Source: Candidatus Hodarchaeota archaeon (GTDB taxonomy: Archaea > Asgardarchaeota > Lokiarchaeia > Sigyniarchaeales > SOKP01). Taken from it: a stretch of DNA of 64,000 bases. The DNA lies in the NCBI GenBank assembly GCA_048886685.1, contig JBHLKM010000007.1, positions 96,001-160,000 on the forward strand. The letters run 5' to 3'. The notes under the pieces are model-generated. The model did not search any database, was not told where the DNA came from, and saw only the letters and a list, made by a program, of their open reading frames with translations. The translations under genes and the position numbers were made by a program. Below are positions 46,477 through 56,404 of the stretch, piece by piece; position 1 is the stretch's first letter, and each line of letters opens with the position of its first letter.

Positions 46477-49400
46477 CTACTTTTTATCCTTCATTTTAAA
46501 TTCCGCTCTATATTTATCTTTAAAGGGAATTTTAGAAGGTAAATACTGATTATTAATGAGATTTTTTATGATATTTTCCCGACTTGGCTCATATATTTTA
46601 TCAAATTTTTGATTTTTAAATTTCTTTTTTACAGTTCTTATTTTCCTCTGAAATTTACTCAACCCTAAATATCTCTTATTAATAAAAACACCTAATGTTA
46701 CTAAAGCTGCTATAGATATTATACTGATAACTGAGATCGTGAGAATTGTTTCAAACAATGATGTATATACAATTAAAATTATAATTTCATCTTCTCCATA
46801 TGGATTAGAGACCACAATTTTGATTTGATGGTTGGATCTAAAAGGGTTTAAATTCAAGCTATTTAAGTCTAATTGATAAGAATCATTTGAGACGGGATGT
46901 AACAGTTGTGATTTTCCATTATATTCACAAGAAACATTAAATTCCGTTGATATACAATTATGGCTTTCATCAAAAACTGTAAAATCGACTTTATTGCTTT
47001 GCCCTTCCTTAAATTTAAATGTTAAAGAAGAGATTTGGATGTTAATGTCTAATGGAAATACGGTTATAATCAAATCTCTTAATTGAGGTTCAAAATTTTG
47101 GTTAGTTGCTAGTATCTGAATTAAATAACTCTTTGATTCTAAATTCTGTGTATTTATGGTGGAATAGAACTCAGTACCATTCCATTTAAAAGTACCAATG
47201 ATGTCTCCAACAAGGCTTAGAGAGCTATTAATTAAATTTTGTCCATCTGACACATACAAACAGGATATATTTACCCTATCCCCTCTTATGATTTCAATAG
47301 GTTCAGGATTCAGTAATAGTAATTGTGTTTCTGCTGGTATTATCATAACATAAGCTACAATAAAAGCAGTCTCATAGCCTATATGGCTTAATTCAATATA
47401 AATTGGATAAGAATCAACTGATAATCCAGAACTATTAAATAAGATTAAAAAACCATTTGAGAACGGAGTGCAATTGTAAGTTGACGACCAGATTATGCTA
47501 ATATTTGCTCCATCGATTAGTTCCCCAGAACTCTCAATTGTGTAATTTACTACTAAATTAAAATTATGATTCGGGTGAATTTGGATGATGCTTTCATTTA
47601 CTTGAGCTCTAGTTGGAACCGGATTAATTTTGAGTGTAATCGAATCTGTTGTACTTCCATAACCTGTTTTATTAGAAGAAAATGTTATAGAATAAAACTC
47701 TGGTATTCCAAATGTAGGGAGATTAAAAGTGGATAAATTAAATTCCCAGGTACCGTTATTAAAGTCGTTAATTGTGTAATAATTTTGCCAGTCTGATGAG
47801 ATATTAGCGGGCCAATAATAACTTCCCGTATTAAGTCCCGTAACATTTACCTGAACCTTAATAAAACTATTTCCCTCAACTTCGAGTATACCACATGGTA
47901 ATTGCAGGGCTAAAGGTTCAGCAATTATTTTAACTTCGATTAAATCTTTCATTTCTTGAGACTGATAATAATCCTTTGACGCATTAAAGGAAACATAATA
48001 GTCACCTAATTCTAATGAGCTTGTATCAAGATCGATAATGTAAATTCCTGAACCTAAATATATTGCATATCCCTCAGTTCCATAACTCGTATTATAAGTT
48101 ATAGATGCAAAATCGATGTAAGTACCAATGTCAATGTCTGTAAAATTAACCTTTACTAATAGAGGTGCTCCTACCATCGTTTCAAAATAAGATTTTATAG
48201 CCTTCAGACTGGTATTATGCCAGACAGTAAAATGAAACCTTTCAAAACCGATTTTATCTCTCATAATAGAAGACTCATTGTTAGTCCACTCCAAGAGAAC
48301 TTCATACTCTCCGACAATCATGTTCTGATCAACGGTATAATCACCAAAAGCAACAATTTGGGATGCAGGCGATGTTTCATTTAAGAAAGTTGACCCATTT
48401 GGATATTGAATAGTGCAACGGACAATAGTATCATCTAAAGGAAATGTATCGTTCAAAGTAGTGTGAATCTGAAACAGATCGGCATACATTAGAATCGAAC
48501 TATCTTCATAAGATGTGCCATTCCAAACAGCGGTATTTCCTCCGGTAATATAATCAATACTTGTAGCTTCAATATTCCATAATCCTTGATTTATAATTTC
48601 GGTAGGAATTGTTATTGTCTTCGATCCAATACCCGTTCCTAAACAACTCTCAGTTTTATTAACCCCAAAACCATCGTATATACTTACAATATCCCAATCC
48701 ATTGGTTTCTTGATTTGTATTAGAGTGCTACTATAGAGTAAGGGATTTGAGATAATAAAATTGGTTTCCCAGCCAATTTGTAGATCAATTGAATAATAAC
48801 TTCCTTCTACTCCCATAAAAGTTGAATTAAAGGATTTAACTAAATATGAATTAATAGATATATTCTTAATTTGGATATCAATTATATTTGTAAGATTTTG
48901 GTATATTGTAAATTCAATATTAGTCGTAGTGTTTGTAATTCTTTCAACATCAATAAAGGAATACCCACGACCATAAGATAAATTATAATAGGTATAATTT
49001 AAACTGGAATGGAAATCTAAAGCCTTCAATAAGTAAGGTTTATTTGGCATTGTCCATATTTCGTATTTAATATTATCGATTTGAATGAATTGCTGTGCCG
49101 CAGTCAGACTAAGATCAGATAAAGCATATAGTCCCGTTTTGATTGAAACATTCCCAGGTAGAATTTGACCATACATAGAAGGATTATATATCAATTTTGT
49201 GTTGGTCCAAGCATTCTTTGTTAACTCTGAAAAACTAATGGTTTTATTTACCTCTATTCCATTAATTACAATGGCCAAATAAAGAGTGAGGTTTTCAGGT
49301 GGACTGGGAACATTGGAATCAAAGAAGTAATCTATAGAAAATGAAGCTAAACTATTATCATTAAAAGGTTGGGCAATAGAAAAGTTTTGCTGGTGAACGC

Positions 49401-49851
49401 CTTGATCGTGTTTTGAGACGGATCCTGCACTGATTTCAATTTCAACATATCCACCAGATTGCCAACCATTATTTGTAAATCTGGTTGGATTATTACAGGC
49501 GTATATCCAATTAGTGTAATTTAATGGAAAATCACCATTTAAAACTTTGTCTTTCTTTATTGAAATTCCTTCATAAGATATTGTTACATTTTGTGAATTC
49601 CATCCCTCAACTAAGGTAAAATGGACATTTGTAGGTAAGGAAGATGGAAAAAAAGTATTCAATGTGGTAGCGAACTGATTTATTAATAATGGTTTTGAAT
49701 TTGGAGGGGATGTTGATTGAATAGGGATTTCAAAATTTTTAACTAAATTATTGGAATCTTTTCTATTATTATATTCATTAGAATGAAATGAGATTGATAA
49801 TAAAAAGACTAATATCAATATATTCAACAATAGAGATTTTCGGATCTTCAT
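46477..49851 (-). CDS. Large single-pass cell-surface protein with beta-sandwich (Ig-like) repeats
   Basis: N-terminal signal/anchor, S/T/N/I-rich beta-strand repeats with many N-x-S/T sequons, C-terminal TM (ILTISVISIISIAALVTLGVFI) and a basic cytoplasmic tail of about 60 aa. Confidence 0.8.
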   Translation of the reverse strand: MKIRKSLLLNILILVFLLSISFHSNEYNNRKDSNNLVKNFEIPIQSTSPPNSKPLLINQFATTLNTFFPSSLPTNVHFTLVEGWNSQNVTISYEGISIKKDKVLNGDFPLNYTNWIYACNNPTRFTNNGWQSGGYVEIEISAGSVSKHDQGVHQQNFSIAQPFNDNSLASFSIDYFFDSNVPSPPENLTLYLAIVINGIEVNKTISFSELTKNAWTNTKLIYNPSMYGQILPGNVSIKTGLYALSDLSLTAAQQFIQIDNIKYEIWTMPNKPYLLKALDFHSSLNYTYYNLSYGRGYSFIDVERITNTTTNIEFTIYQNLTNIIDIQIKNISINSYLVKSFNSTFMGVEGSYYSIDLQIGWETNFIISNPLLYSSTLIQIKKPMDWDIVSIYDGFGVNKTESCLGTGIGSKTITIPTEIINQGLWNIEATSIDYITGGNTAVWNGTSYEDSSILMYADLFQIHTTLNDTFPLDDTIVRCTIQYPNGSTFLNETSPASQIVAFGDYTVDQNMIVGEYEVLLEWTNNESSIMRDKIGFERFHFTVWHNTSLKAIKSYFETMVGAPLLVKVNFTDIDIGTYIDFASITYNTSYGTEGYAIYLGSGIYIIDLDTSSLELGDYYVSFNASKDYYQSQEMKDLIEVKIIAEPLALQLPCGILEVEGNSFIKVQVNVTGLNTGSYYWPANISSDWQNYYTINDFNNGTWEFNLSTFNLPTFGIPEFYSITFSSNKTGYGSTTDSITLKINPVPTRAQVNESIIQIHPNHNFNLVVNYTIESSGELIDGANISIIWSSTYNCTPFSNGFLILFNSSGLSVDSYPIYIELSHIGYETAFIVAYVMIIPAETQLLLLNPEPIEIIRGDRVNISCLYVSDGQNLINSSLSLVGDIIGTFKWNGTEFYSTINTQNLESKSYLIQILATNQNFEPQLRDLIITVFPLDINIQISSLTFKFKEGQSNKVDFTVFDESHNCISTEFNVSCEYNGKSQLLHPVSNDSYQLDLNSLNLNPFRSNHQIKIVVSNPYGEDEIIILIVYTSLFETILTISVISIISIAALVTLGVFINKRYLGLSKFQRKIRTVKKKFKNQKFDKIYEPSRENIIKNLINNQYLPSKIPFKDKYRAEFKMKDKK

Positions 49852-50060
49852 TTTATTCCTTTTAATTTTAGATTTAAATTACTTTTTTAATTATTGAATT
49901 AATTTCTAATTTAAATAATACCTCAACCACAAAACCGAAATAGATATTTTCAGTTTTCACTCGATAGTAAAATCAAATAAAAATGCTATATATAAATTTA
50001 AGTTTACCTAACAAAGATAGTTATTAATATGGATATTCTCACTTTTTTAAATAATTTCAA

Positions 50061-50243
50061 TTAATTATTTATGATTCTCTTTCCTTCCTTAAAACCTAGG
50101 TGTAAAGCCTTAATGTTAAAATCTGCATCAGGTAACCATTCCTTAATAACTTCTTCCTACTCTTCAATTTGAATAAATGGGAATCTGCCTAAGGGAATTG
50201 CAAATCCAAGCATAATGATATTAACTTGTTGATTATGTTTAAA
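50061..50243 (-). pseudogene. Decayed duplicate of the iorB 3' end
   Basis: Translates FKHNQQVNIIMLGFAIPLGRFPFIQIEE*EEVIKEWLPDADFNIKALHLGFKEGKRIINN*, collinear with the IorB C-terminus at 51819-52010; in-frame TAG at 50157-50159; no 5' part. Confidence 0.85.
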
Positions 50244-50278
50244 ATAAGGATTAGTCAGTGTAATTAAAAGAACATAAT

Positions 50279-51415
50279 TTAGCGAGTAATAATTAATTCT
50301 TCCATATGTTCTCTCTTTTTTTTTATTTTCGGTTTCTCAAAGTGTTCTCTGGCGGGTTCCAATAAATCTATAAGTCTCTCCGAAATACTATTTTTTAAGT
50401 CAAGAGGATGTATTTTTTTATTTAGATACGCATCCTCCAATTCTTGATATGAATTAAACTCCATATCTCCACCGAATTTTGCTGGTTTTTTAACTTGAAA
50501 ATAAGAGCCTTTTTCTCTGAAAATTATTGATTTTGTCCAATCTAGTATTGGATTAAACACTGCATTTCCTTCAGGACAAAAAGCGGATCCTATTTTTTCT
50601 TTTATTTCATCAGGATTATCATGAATAAATACAGCAGAATTGGGCAATGATTTACTCATTTTCATCTGAGACCATAACTCTCGCAATTCTTCATCATCTT
50701 TAATAGGCCAGATTGGTGGTTTTTGTAGACCCAAAATCAAATGATTATGAACACATATAGGTTTAATTGTTTCACCATTAGTATCAACAAGGTTATTCTT
50801 CTTCATTTTTAAAGCAACATCCCTCGTAATTACATGGGCTTTGCGTTGATCATAACCTGCATGAGCAAAATTGATATTTTGAATGAATATGTCGGCAACC
50901 TGCATGGCAGGATAAAGTAATTTCGCAAAATCCACATTTTCTCCTTGTTTCCTTCCCATAATTGTGATGCTTCTTTGCATTCGGCTTAAAGTAGTGTTTT
51001 TACATACATCAATAACAGTTTCCCAATATTCATCATTATTATGATATAATTCTGTACCAAGGGTAAATTTTACCTTGTTTGGGTCTGCCCCTACACAAAG
51101 TAACCCTGCTCTAAGCCCTTCTTTAAAGTATCCAACCGCAATTTCTCGAATTTTTTCCATATCTCCTCCTAATTTATCATTAATCCAGCTATGCCAATCT
51201 GCTAGAAAAATGGAGCAAGAAATTCCAGCATCAATGAAATCCTTAATTTTAGCCATACAAATAAGTCCAGTTCCTAAATGAACCTTACCTGATATCTCAA
51301 AACCTATGTAATGACTTAGAGGAACTCCTGTTTCTAGAAGATGTTTTAAATCTTCTTCTGTTAATATTTCTTCAGTACCTCGTTTAATTAAGTCAATTTT
51401 CTCGTGGATATCCAT
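50279..51415 (-). CDS. tyrS: Tyrosine--tRNA ligase (archaeal type)
   Basis: YIGFEISGKVHLG, ADWHSWINDK, YPAMQVAD, DQRKAH, KMSKS, HPLDLK. Confidence 0.95.
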   Translation of the reverse strand: MDIHEKIDLIKRGTEEILTEEDLKHLLETGVPLSHYIGFEISGKVHLGTGLICMAKIKDFIDAGISCSIFLADWHSWINDKLGGDMEKIREIAVGYFKEGLRAGLLCVGADPNKVKFTLGTELYHNNDEYWETVIDVCKNTTLSRMQRSITIMGRKQGENVDFAKLLYPAMQVADIFIQNINFAHAGYDQRKAHVITRDVALKMKKNNLVDTNGETIKPICVHNHLILGLQKPPIWPIKDDEELRELWSQMKMSKSLPNSAVFIHDNPDEIKEKIGSAFCPEGNAVFNPILDWTKSIIFREKGSYFQVKKPAKFGGDMEFNSYQELEDAYLNKKIHPLDLKNSISERLIDLLEPAREHFEKPKIKKKREHMEELIITR

Positions 51416-51446
51416 GTGAAAACATAACCAACTAAGCCTTATTTAA

Positions 51447-51833
51447 TTTATCAAAAAATGTGTTAAGAGTGTATATAATGTTCAAGAAATAGTTAATCTA
51501 CATTTAAATCTAAAAGGTGTAAAAGTAGCTAAAAGGACTGTATATGTTTATTTAAAAGATTGGGATATTGATAGAATCCCCAAAGATGAATTCTATAGGA
51601 ATAAAATAGTAAGGGGGGGAAAAAAAGGTTGGAGTTTAAAAGAAATTTGGATCAACATTGATGAAGGATTAGGATTTACTAAGAATAGTTGGGATAAAAA
51701 TAGATGCAGATTCTTTAAAAGAATATTTAAAGATGATGTACTGGTTAAGAGTAAGGAAGGAAGTATAACAGAAAAAATAGAGCATGCTTATGAACCATTA
51801 GAAGCAAAAAAATGGAGGTTATTTTCTATTTGA
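51447..51833 (+). pseudogene. Start-less 128-codon reading frame with an HTH-like segment (probable gene remnant)
   Basis: Stop-free frame from 51447 to TGA at 51831 with no in-frame ATG/GTG/TTG; contains LNLKGVKVAKRTVYVYLKDW. Confidence 0.5.
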
Positions 51834-52472
51834 AATGCTTTTTTCTCCTTCTTTTAATCCGAGTTGCAAGGCCTTAATGTTTATATCAGGATCCCGAAGC
51901 CATTCTTTAATAACTTCTTCATAGTATTCAAGATCTATGAATGGAAGTTTACCTGTTGGGATAGCAAAACCAAGCATGATGAGATTAACATACTGATTTG
52001 AGTTAAATTGTTTAATTGACAAACTAGTAGCATTTAAAAAGTATATTTCCTTTGTTATTTGATTTAAAGTTTTTTCAATTTCTTCGAGAGAGGGATATTT
52101 CTCAAAATTAGCTGTTATCATTACTCCCGGAATTGTCCGATTGTTTATAACAAATGAAGTTTTTGAGGACGCAAATATTCCATGTCTTAAAGCTTCAATC
52201 GGTTCAAAACAGATATAAAGATCACCATCACCATAACTAATAAGCGGGGACTGCAGATTTTTTCTATCATTATTGAGAATGTTTCGCTGATAACGGGTAT
52301 GGCTCATAATAGCTCCCTCTCGTTGTGCAAGTCCATGAGATTCACTTCCAAAGACTCTTTCAACTCCAGACTTTTGGGCGGCAAATTCTATTAGTCTTTT
52401 AAGCGTTATCACTCCTTGACCGGCGGTTCCAGCTATGACAATATTGATTATATCCGTTTCTTTAAATTTCAC
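51819..52472 (-). CDS. iorB: Indolepyruvate:ferredoxin oxidoreductase beta subunit
   Basis: GTAGQGVI, SESHGLAQREG, FEPIEALR, NLIMLG; GTG at 52472 overlapping the iorA stop is preferred over the track start 52553. Confidence 0.9.
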   Translation of the reverse strand: MKFKETDIINIVIAGTAGQGVITLKRLIEFAAQKSGVERVFGSESHGLAQREGAIMSHTRYQRNILNNDRKNLQSPLISYGDGDLYICFEPIEALRHGIFASSKTSFVINNRTIPGVMITANFEKYPSLEEIEKTLNQITKEIYFLNATSLSIKQFNSNQYVNLIMLGFAIPTGKLPFIDLEYYEEVIKEWLRDPDINIKALQLGLKEGEKSISNRK

Positions 52473-54405
52473 GAAATGGCACCTCCTCACCAAATAAACG
52501 TATAATTGATTTTCTAATTGCCCCATTTGGGCAAATTTCATAACACACACCACATTTTATGCATCGATCTTGATCAATTTGCATTTCTTCCACTCCTTCA
52601 GTATCAACTCTTCTAATTGCCGGACAGCTCAAAATCCTTGCACATTCATAGCACATCGAGCAGCCGCCAATGTAATAAGAAACATCTTGAACTTTTTCGC
52701 CATGTTCTTGAAGAGATTTAATTTGTGACATTCTCCATCGATGAGCTTGTAGAGCACACTCTCGTTTAATGATAATAACTTTTAATCCGTTAGTTTCTAA
52801 AGCTTCTTCAATTGTTTTTGTTAATTTTTTAGGATTATAAGAATCTTCTACTCTTAACCAAGGTACACCAATCGATTTACAAATTTTTTCAATTGAAAAT
52901 CCTTGATTGATTAGAAATCGAAGTACATCATCTTGATGCCCGGTCATTGCTGTCCAAGAGTTTTCAAAAATAATAAATAATAGATTTGAATTGTATCCAA
53001 CAGCTTCCGCTAATGGTGCCATACCCGTGTGGAAGAAGGTGGAATCCCCTATCATTGCTAAAACTTTTTGGTTTGTTTTTGTAGACATTCCGATTGCAGC
53101 ACTAATCCCTCCAGACATACATATTACTAAGTCAGAGCACTGCTGAGGTGGAAAAAATGACATCACATAACACCCGATATCCCCAGAAATTATAGTATTT
53201 TCTAAATGATTTGTTGCTTTCAATATCGAATAGAGTGTAGCTCGTTCAGGACATCCTGCACAAAAGGTAGGGAATCTACTTGGGATTATTTCTTTGTACG
53301 AATTGTAATAATGCATTGCTTTCCTCATTTGCTCACTAGGTTGTTTATTAAAAATCTTAGCTAAACAATCTGCAACTAATCCAGTAGAAAATTCGTTATA
53401 CTTAGGAAAATATTTTTGGCCTAAAATTTCAACATCTATTTTCTGATAATGAGCAATTTCAGCAATTTTCATCTCCAAAAATGGTTCCAATTCTTCAATA
53501 ATAACTACTTTCTCAAGATTTTGCATATAACTAGCTATTTGGTTGTAATTTAATGGATAAATCATTCCAAGCTTTAATATAGGAACATCATTTAATTTTA
53601 ATTGATTAAGTGCCTCCATAGTATAGCCAAAAGGCATTCCACTCGTTATTATACCCACTTTATTATCTCCCAGAATAATTCTATTTAATTCTATTTCTGG
53701 AATGATTTCTCTGAGTTTTTCAATTCTTTCATATAACCGAATGTGATTGTTGATGGCGTGTGGTGGCAATGAATTGAATTTAGGAATATTTCTAATAAAT
53801 TCTCCACGTTTCTTACCTTTTACTAATGGGCTTAATTCTACAAAGCCTCTTGAATGAGCACTTCTGGTTGATGTACGAACATTCATTACCAAGTCAAACT
53901 TTTCTGACAGATCAAATGCTAACTTTACCCAATCTTTACATTCTTGAGGTGTATGCGGTTCGATGGTAGGAAGATGTAGCATCCAGGCATAGAAACGTTC
54001 ATTCTGTTCTTGGTGAGAGCCTAGTGAACCCGGATCTGAACCAACTGATATTACCATTCCTCCGGGATTTGGCCCATTTAATGCAATTACACTCAGAGCA
54101 TCACTTGCGACATTCAACCCTACATGTTTCATAGGATTAAAACTCCGACAACCTGTCCAAGCAACTCCAGCACAGGCAGAGGTTGCAACTGCTTCGTTCA
54201 CAGCCCAATGATGTACTAAATATTCGCCAAATTCAGGAAAATCCCTAATTACTTGATGGAAATATTCTCCAATATCACTTGTAGGAGTACCTGGATATTG
54301 TGAGACATAGGAAACGCCTGCTTCCAGGCATCCGCGTACAAGTGCTTCATTTCCGAGCATCAATACTTTTCCTTCATTGTCGATAAAACGAGTATCTTTT
54401 ATCAT
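52462..54405 (-). CDS. iorA: Indolepyruvate:ferredoxin oxidoreductase alpha subunit
   Basis: LGNEALVRG, YPGTPTS, MKHVGLNVASD, FCAGCP, GDIGC, IGDSTFFHTG, TAMTGHQ, C-terminal ferredoxin. Confidence 0.95.
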   Translation of the reverse strand: MIKDTRFIDNEGKVLMLGNEALVRGCLEAGVSYVSQYPGTPTSDIGEYFHQVIRDFPEFGEYLVHHWAVNEAVATSACAGVAWTGCRSFNPMKHVGLNVASDALSVIALNGPNPGGMVISVGSDPGSLGSHQEQNERFYAWMLHLPTIEPHTPQECKDWVKLAFDLSEKFDLVMNVRTSTRSAHSRGFVELSPLVKGKKRGEFIRNIPKFNSLPPHAINNHIRLYERIEKLREIIPEIELNRIILGDNKVGIITSGMPFGYTMEALNQLKLNDVPILKLGMIYPLNYNQIASYMQNLEKVVIIEELEPFLEMKIAEIAHYQKIDVEILGQKYFPKYNEFSTGLVADCLAKIFNKQPSEQMRKAMHYYNSYKEIIPSRFPTFCAGCPERATLYSILKATNHLENTIISGDIGCYVMSFFPPQQCSDLVICMSGGISAAIGMSTKTNQKVLAMIGDSTFFHTGMAPLAEAVGYNSNLLFIIFENSWTAMTGHQDDVLRFLINQGFSIEKICKSIGVPWLRVEDSYNPKKLTKTIEEALETNGLKVIIIKRECALQAHRWRMSQIKSLQEHGEKVQDVSYYIGGCSMCYECARILSCPAIRRVDTEGVEEMQIDQDRCIKCGVCYEICPNGAIRKSIIRLFGEEVPFREI

Positions 54406-54580
54406 ATTATTACCCTATTTAACAATTATTTTACTTAAAGCCAAGTTATAAAAAAAAAGTTATCATTATTTGAGATTTTAAAATCTTCTTAAAAAACATT
54501 AAACCTAAAGCTTTAGATGTTTTTAGAAGTAATATAAATCTTCATAAGAAAAATCAAAAATTATACATTTAGAAAAAGGA

Positions 54581-55117
54581 TTATAAGGTGCCTTCTATCA
54601 TTTTTCTTGCTATAAACTCGAAAATTTGCTCCACATTTTCTCCTGTTTTAGATGAACATTCAAAATAGTCTGTTAATTCGTAATTGTTTGATAATTCCAG
54701 CGCTTCTTCAGTACTCACTGAACGATTTTGGAGATCGATCTTACCTCCTACCATGATAATGGGGATTTTCCCTTTTTGATTAGATCCAAAATATTCAAAA
54801 ATAGACAACCAGTCTTTAATTTGACCAAGACTGGAATATCGAGTTGTGTCATACATAAAAATACCACCATCAGCCCCTTTTGCAAAAGCCGGTAAAAGAA
54901 CTCTAAAACGATCCTCTCCCGCAAAATCCCATATCCGTAGTGTAACTGGTTTTTCATCTATTTCTACATTCTTAACGCTAAAATCAGCTCCTATTGTCAT
55001 AAGAATATTTTCCTCGAATACACCTTCGGCAAATCTTCTTATTAAAGTGGTTTTACCCACACCTCCATCACCAAAAACGCAAATCTTAAACGCAAGCTTG
55101 TGCTCGATTTTAAACAC
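54581..55117 (-). CDS. Rab-like small GTPase
   Basis: GDGGVGKT, TIGADF, WDFAGEDRF, GGKID, CSSKTGENV. Confidence 0.95.
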   Translation of the reverse strand: MFKIEHKLAFKICVFGDGGVGKTTLIRRFAEGVFEENILMTIGADFSVKNVEIDEKPVTLRIWDFAGEDRFRVLLPAFAKGADGGIFMYDTTRYSSLGQIKDWLSIFEYFGSNQKGKIPIIMVGGKIDLQNRSVSTEEALELSNNYELTDYFECSSKTGENVEQIFEFIARKMIEGTL

Positions 55118-55190
55118 CCAATGTTCGATTAAACAAACTATATATTATTATTGAATTAAAAATTTTTAATTAAAACGATTTATGCTTTTT

Positions 55191-55622
55191 TCACTTAATA
55201 ATATCAGTTATGAAGCAGGTCTCTATGATTTTTATCCCCTGAATTTGAGAGATCTTATCTTCAATAAGCGGATTAAACTTATCTATAGAGGGTATATCAA
55301 CTTTCATTAGAAGTCCACAATCACCTGATAAACGCCATATATTTTTAACTTCTTCAATTTCTCTAAGTTGTTTTATAATACGCTTAATATCTTTGAAATC
55401 TGGTACTGCTTTTATCGTAGCACTGACATTTTGTTTTGAATCTATGTTGTAATCTATAGTAAAACGTGTGATAACTCCTTCTTCTAGTAATTTTTTAACA
55501 CGCCTTCTTACAGTAGCCTCAGTTTTATCAATCTTCTGACTGATTTCATTAAATGAAATTCTGCTATTATTCTTTAATTCCTCTATTATTTTAAGATCCA
55601 ATAAATCTAATTTTTTAGGCAA
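55191..55622 (-). CDS. Lrp/AsnC family transcriptional regulator
   Basis: LDLLDLKII..L..NSR, EATVRRRVKKL...GVI, LSGD; RAM domain. Confidence 0.93.
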   Translation of the reverse strand: MPKKLDLLDLKIIEELKNNSRISFNEISQKIDKTEATVRRRVKKLLEEGVITRFTIDYNIDSKQNVSATIKAVPDFKDIKRIIKQLREIEEVKNIWRLSGDCGLLMKVDIPSIDKFNPLIEDKISQIQGIKIIETCFITDIIK

Positions 55623-55776
55623 CTTTACACTAATCCAGCAAATTTAACTATTTAATAATTGTGATAAATTGTTTATTAAATTATTTTTTCCTAGCAAAAA
55701 AATTCATTTTTTTCTATATTTGAGCTAAAAATTGATAATCCAAATATAAATTTAATCTAAAAATAAGACCTTACTA

Positions 55777-56064
55777 TTAAGATTCTAAATATTTCTTTAA
55801 ATCAATAAGTAGTGTTTTCTCCTTCTCGCCCTTTTGAGTAATGGTGATCTTTAGAAGTTCTCCTTCAATGGTGGCTCCTTTTAATTTGATTTCCTCTATG
55901 GTTTCAATTCCAGGTTCTTTTTCCCCTTCACTTCTAGTTTTAGATGTTAAACATGTTCTATACTCATCGTATAGATAACAATTTTCACAACAAAAACCAA
56001 TTGGCATATACCCTACAATTGAACATCTGTCAAAGAAATCACAATTACAATTTTGGCACATCAT
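55777..56064 (-). CDS. Small Cys-rich hypothetical protein
   Basis: CQNCNC-x5-C-x10-CCENC-x8-C in the N-terminal 40 aa. Confidence 0.7.
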   Translation of the reverse strand: MMCQNCNCDFFDRCSIVGYMPIGFCCENCYLYDEYRTCLTSKTRSEGEKEPGIETIEEIKLKGATIEGELLKITITQKGEKEKTLLIDLKKYLES

Positions 56065-56404
56065 TATAATATTAGATTTGATAATATTTAAATCTGAACA
56101 TTAATTTTGGAAAATTGAATATAATAGGTAATCTTGATCATTCAAATTATTAAATTCAATTATTTATATATAGTGATTCAGATAAAATTGATCGATTGAA
56201 ACATTGAATGATTAAACTATTATCAATATGAACAAAATACAGAGAAAAATATCATCATTGGAAAAATAAAAATCTCTGTAATAAAATATAACTTCACTTG
56301 GAAGTTTTACTTTAGCAATTTTCTGATAAATTTAAAAAATTTACCGTATTTACTTAACCATCAAAAACTATGGAATAAAATTATATTTTGAAATTTTTGT
56401 CAAA

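Noticed and set aside
56100-56400. TCATTCAA/TTGAATGA inverted pair in the hdr upstream region as an operator
   Set aside because: 8-bp arms with a long spacer in AT-rich sequence; not supportable
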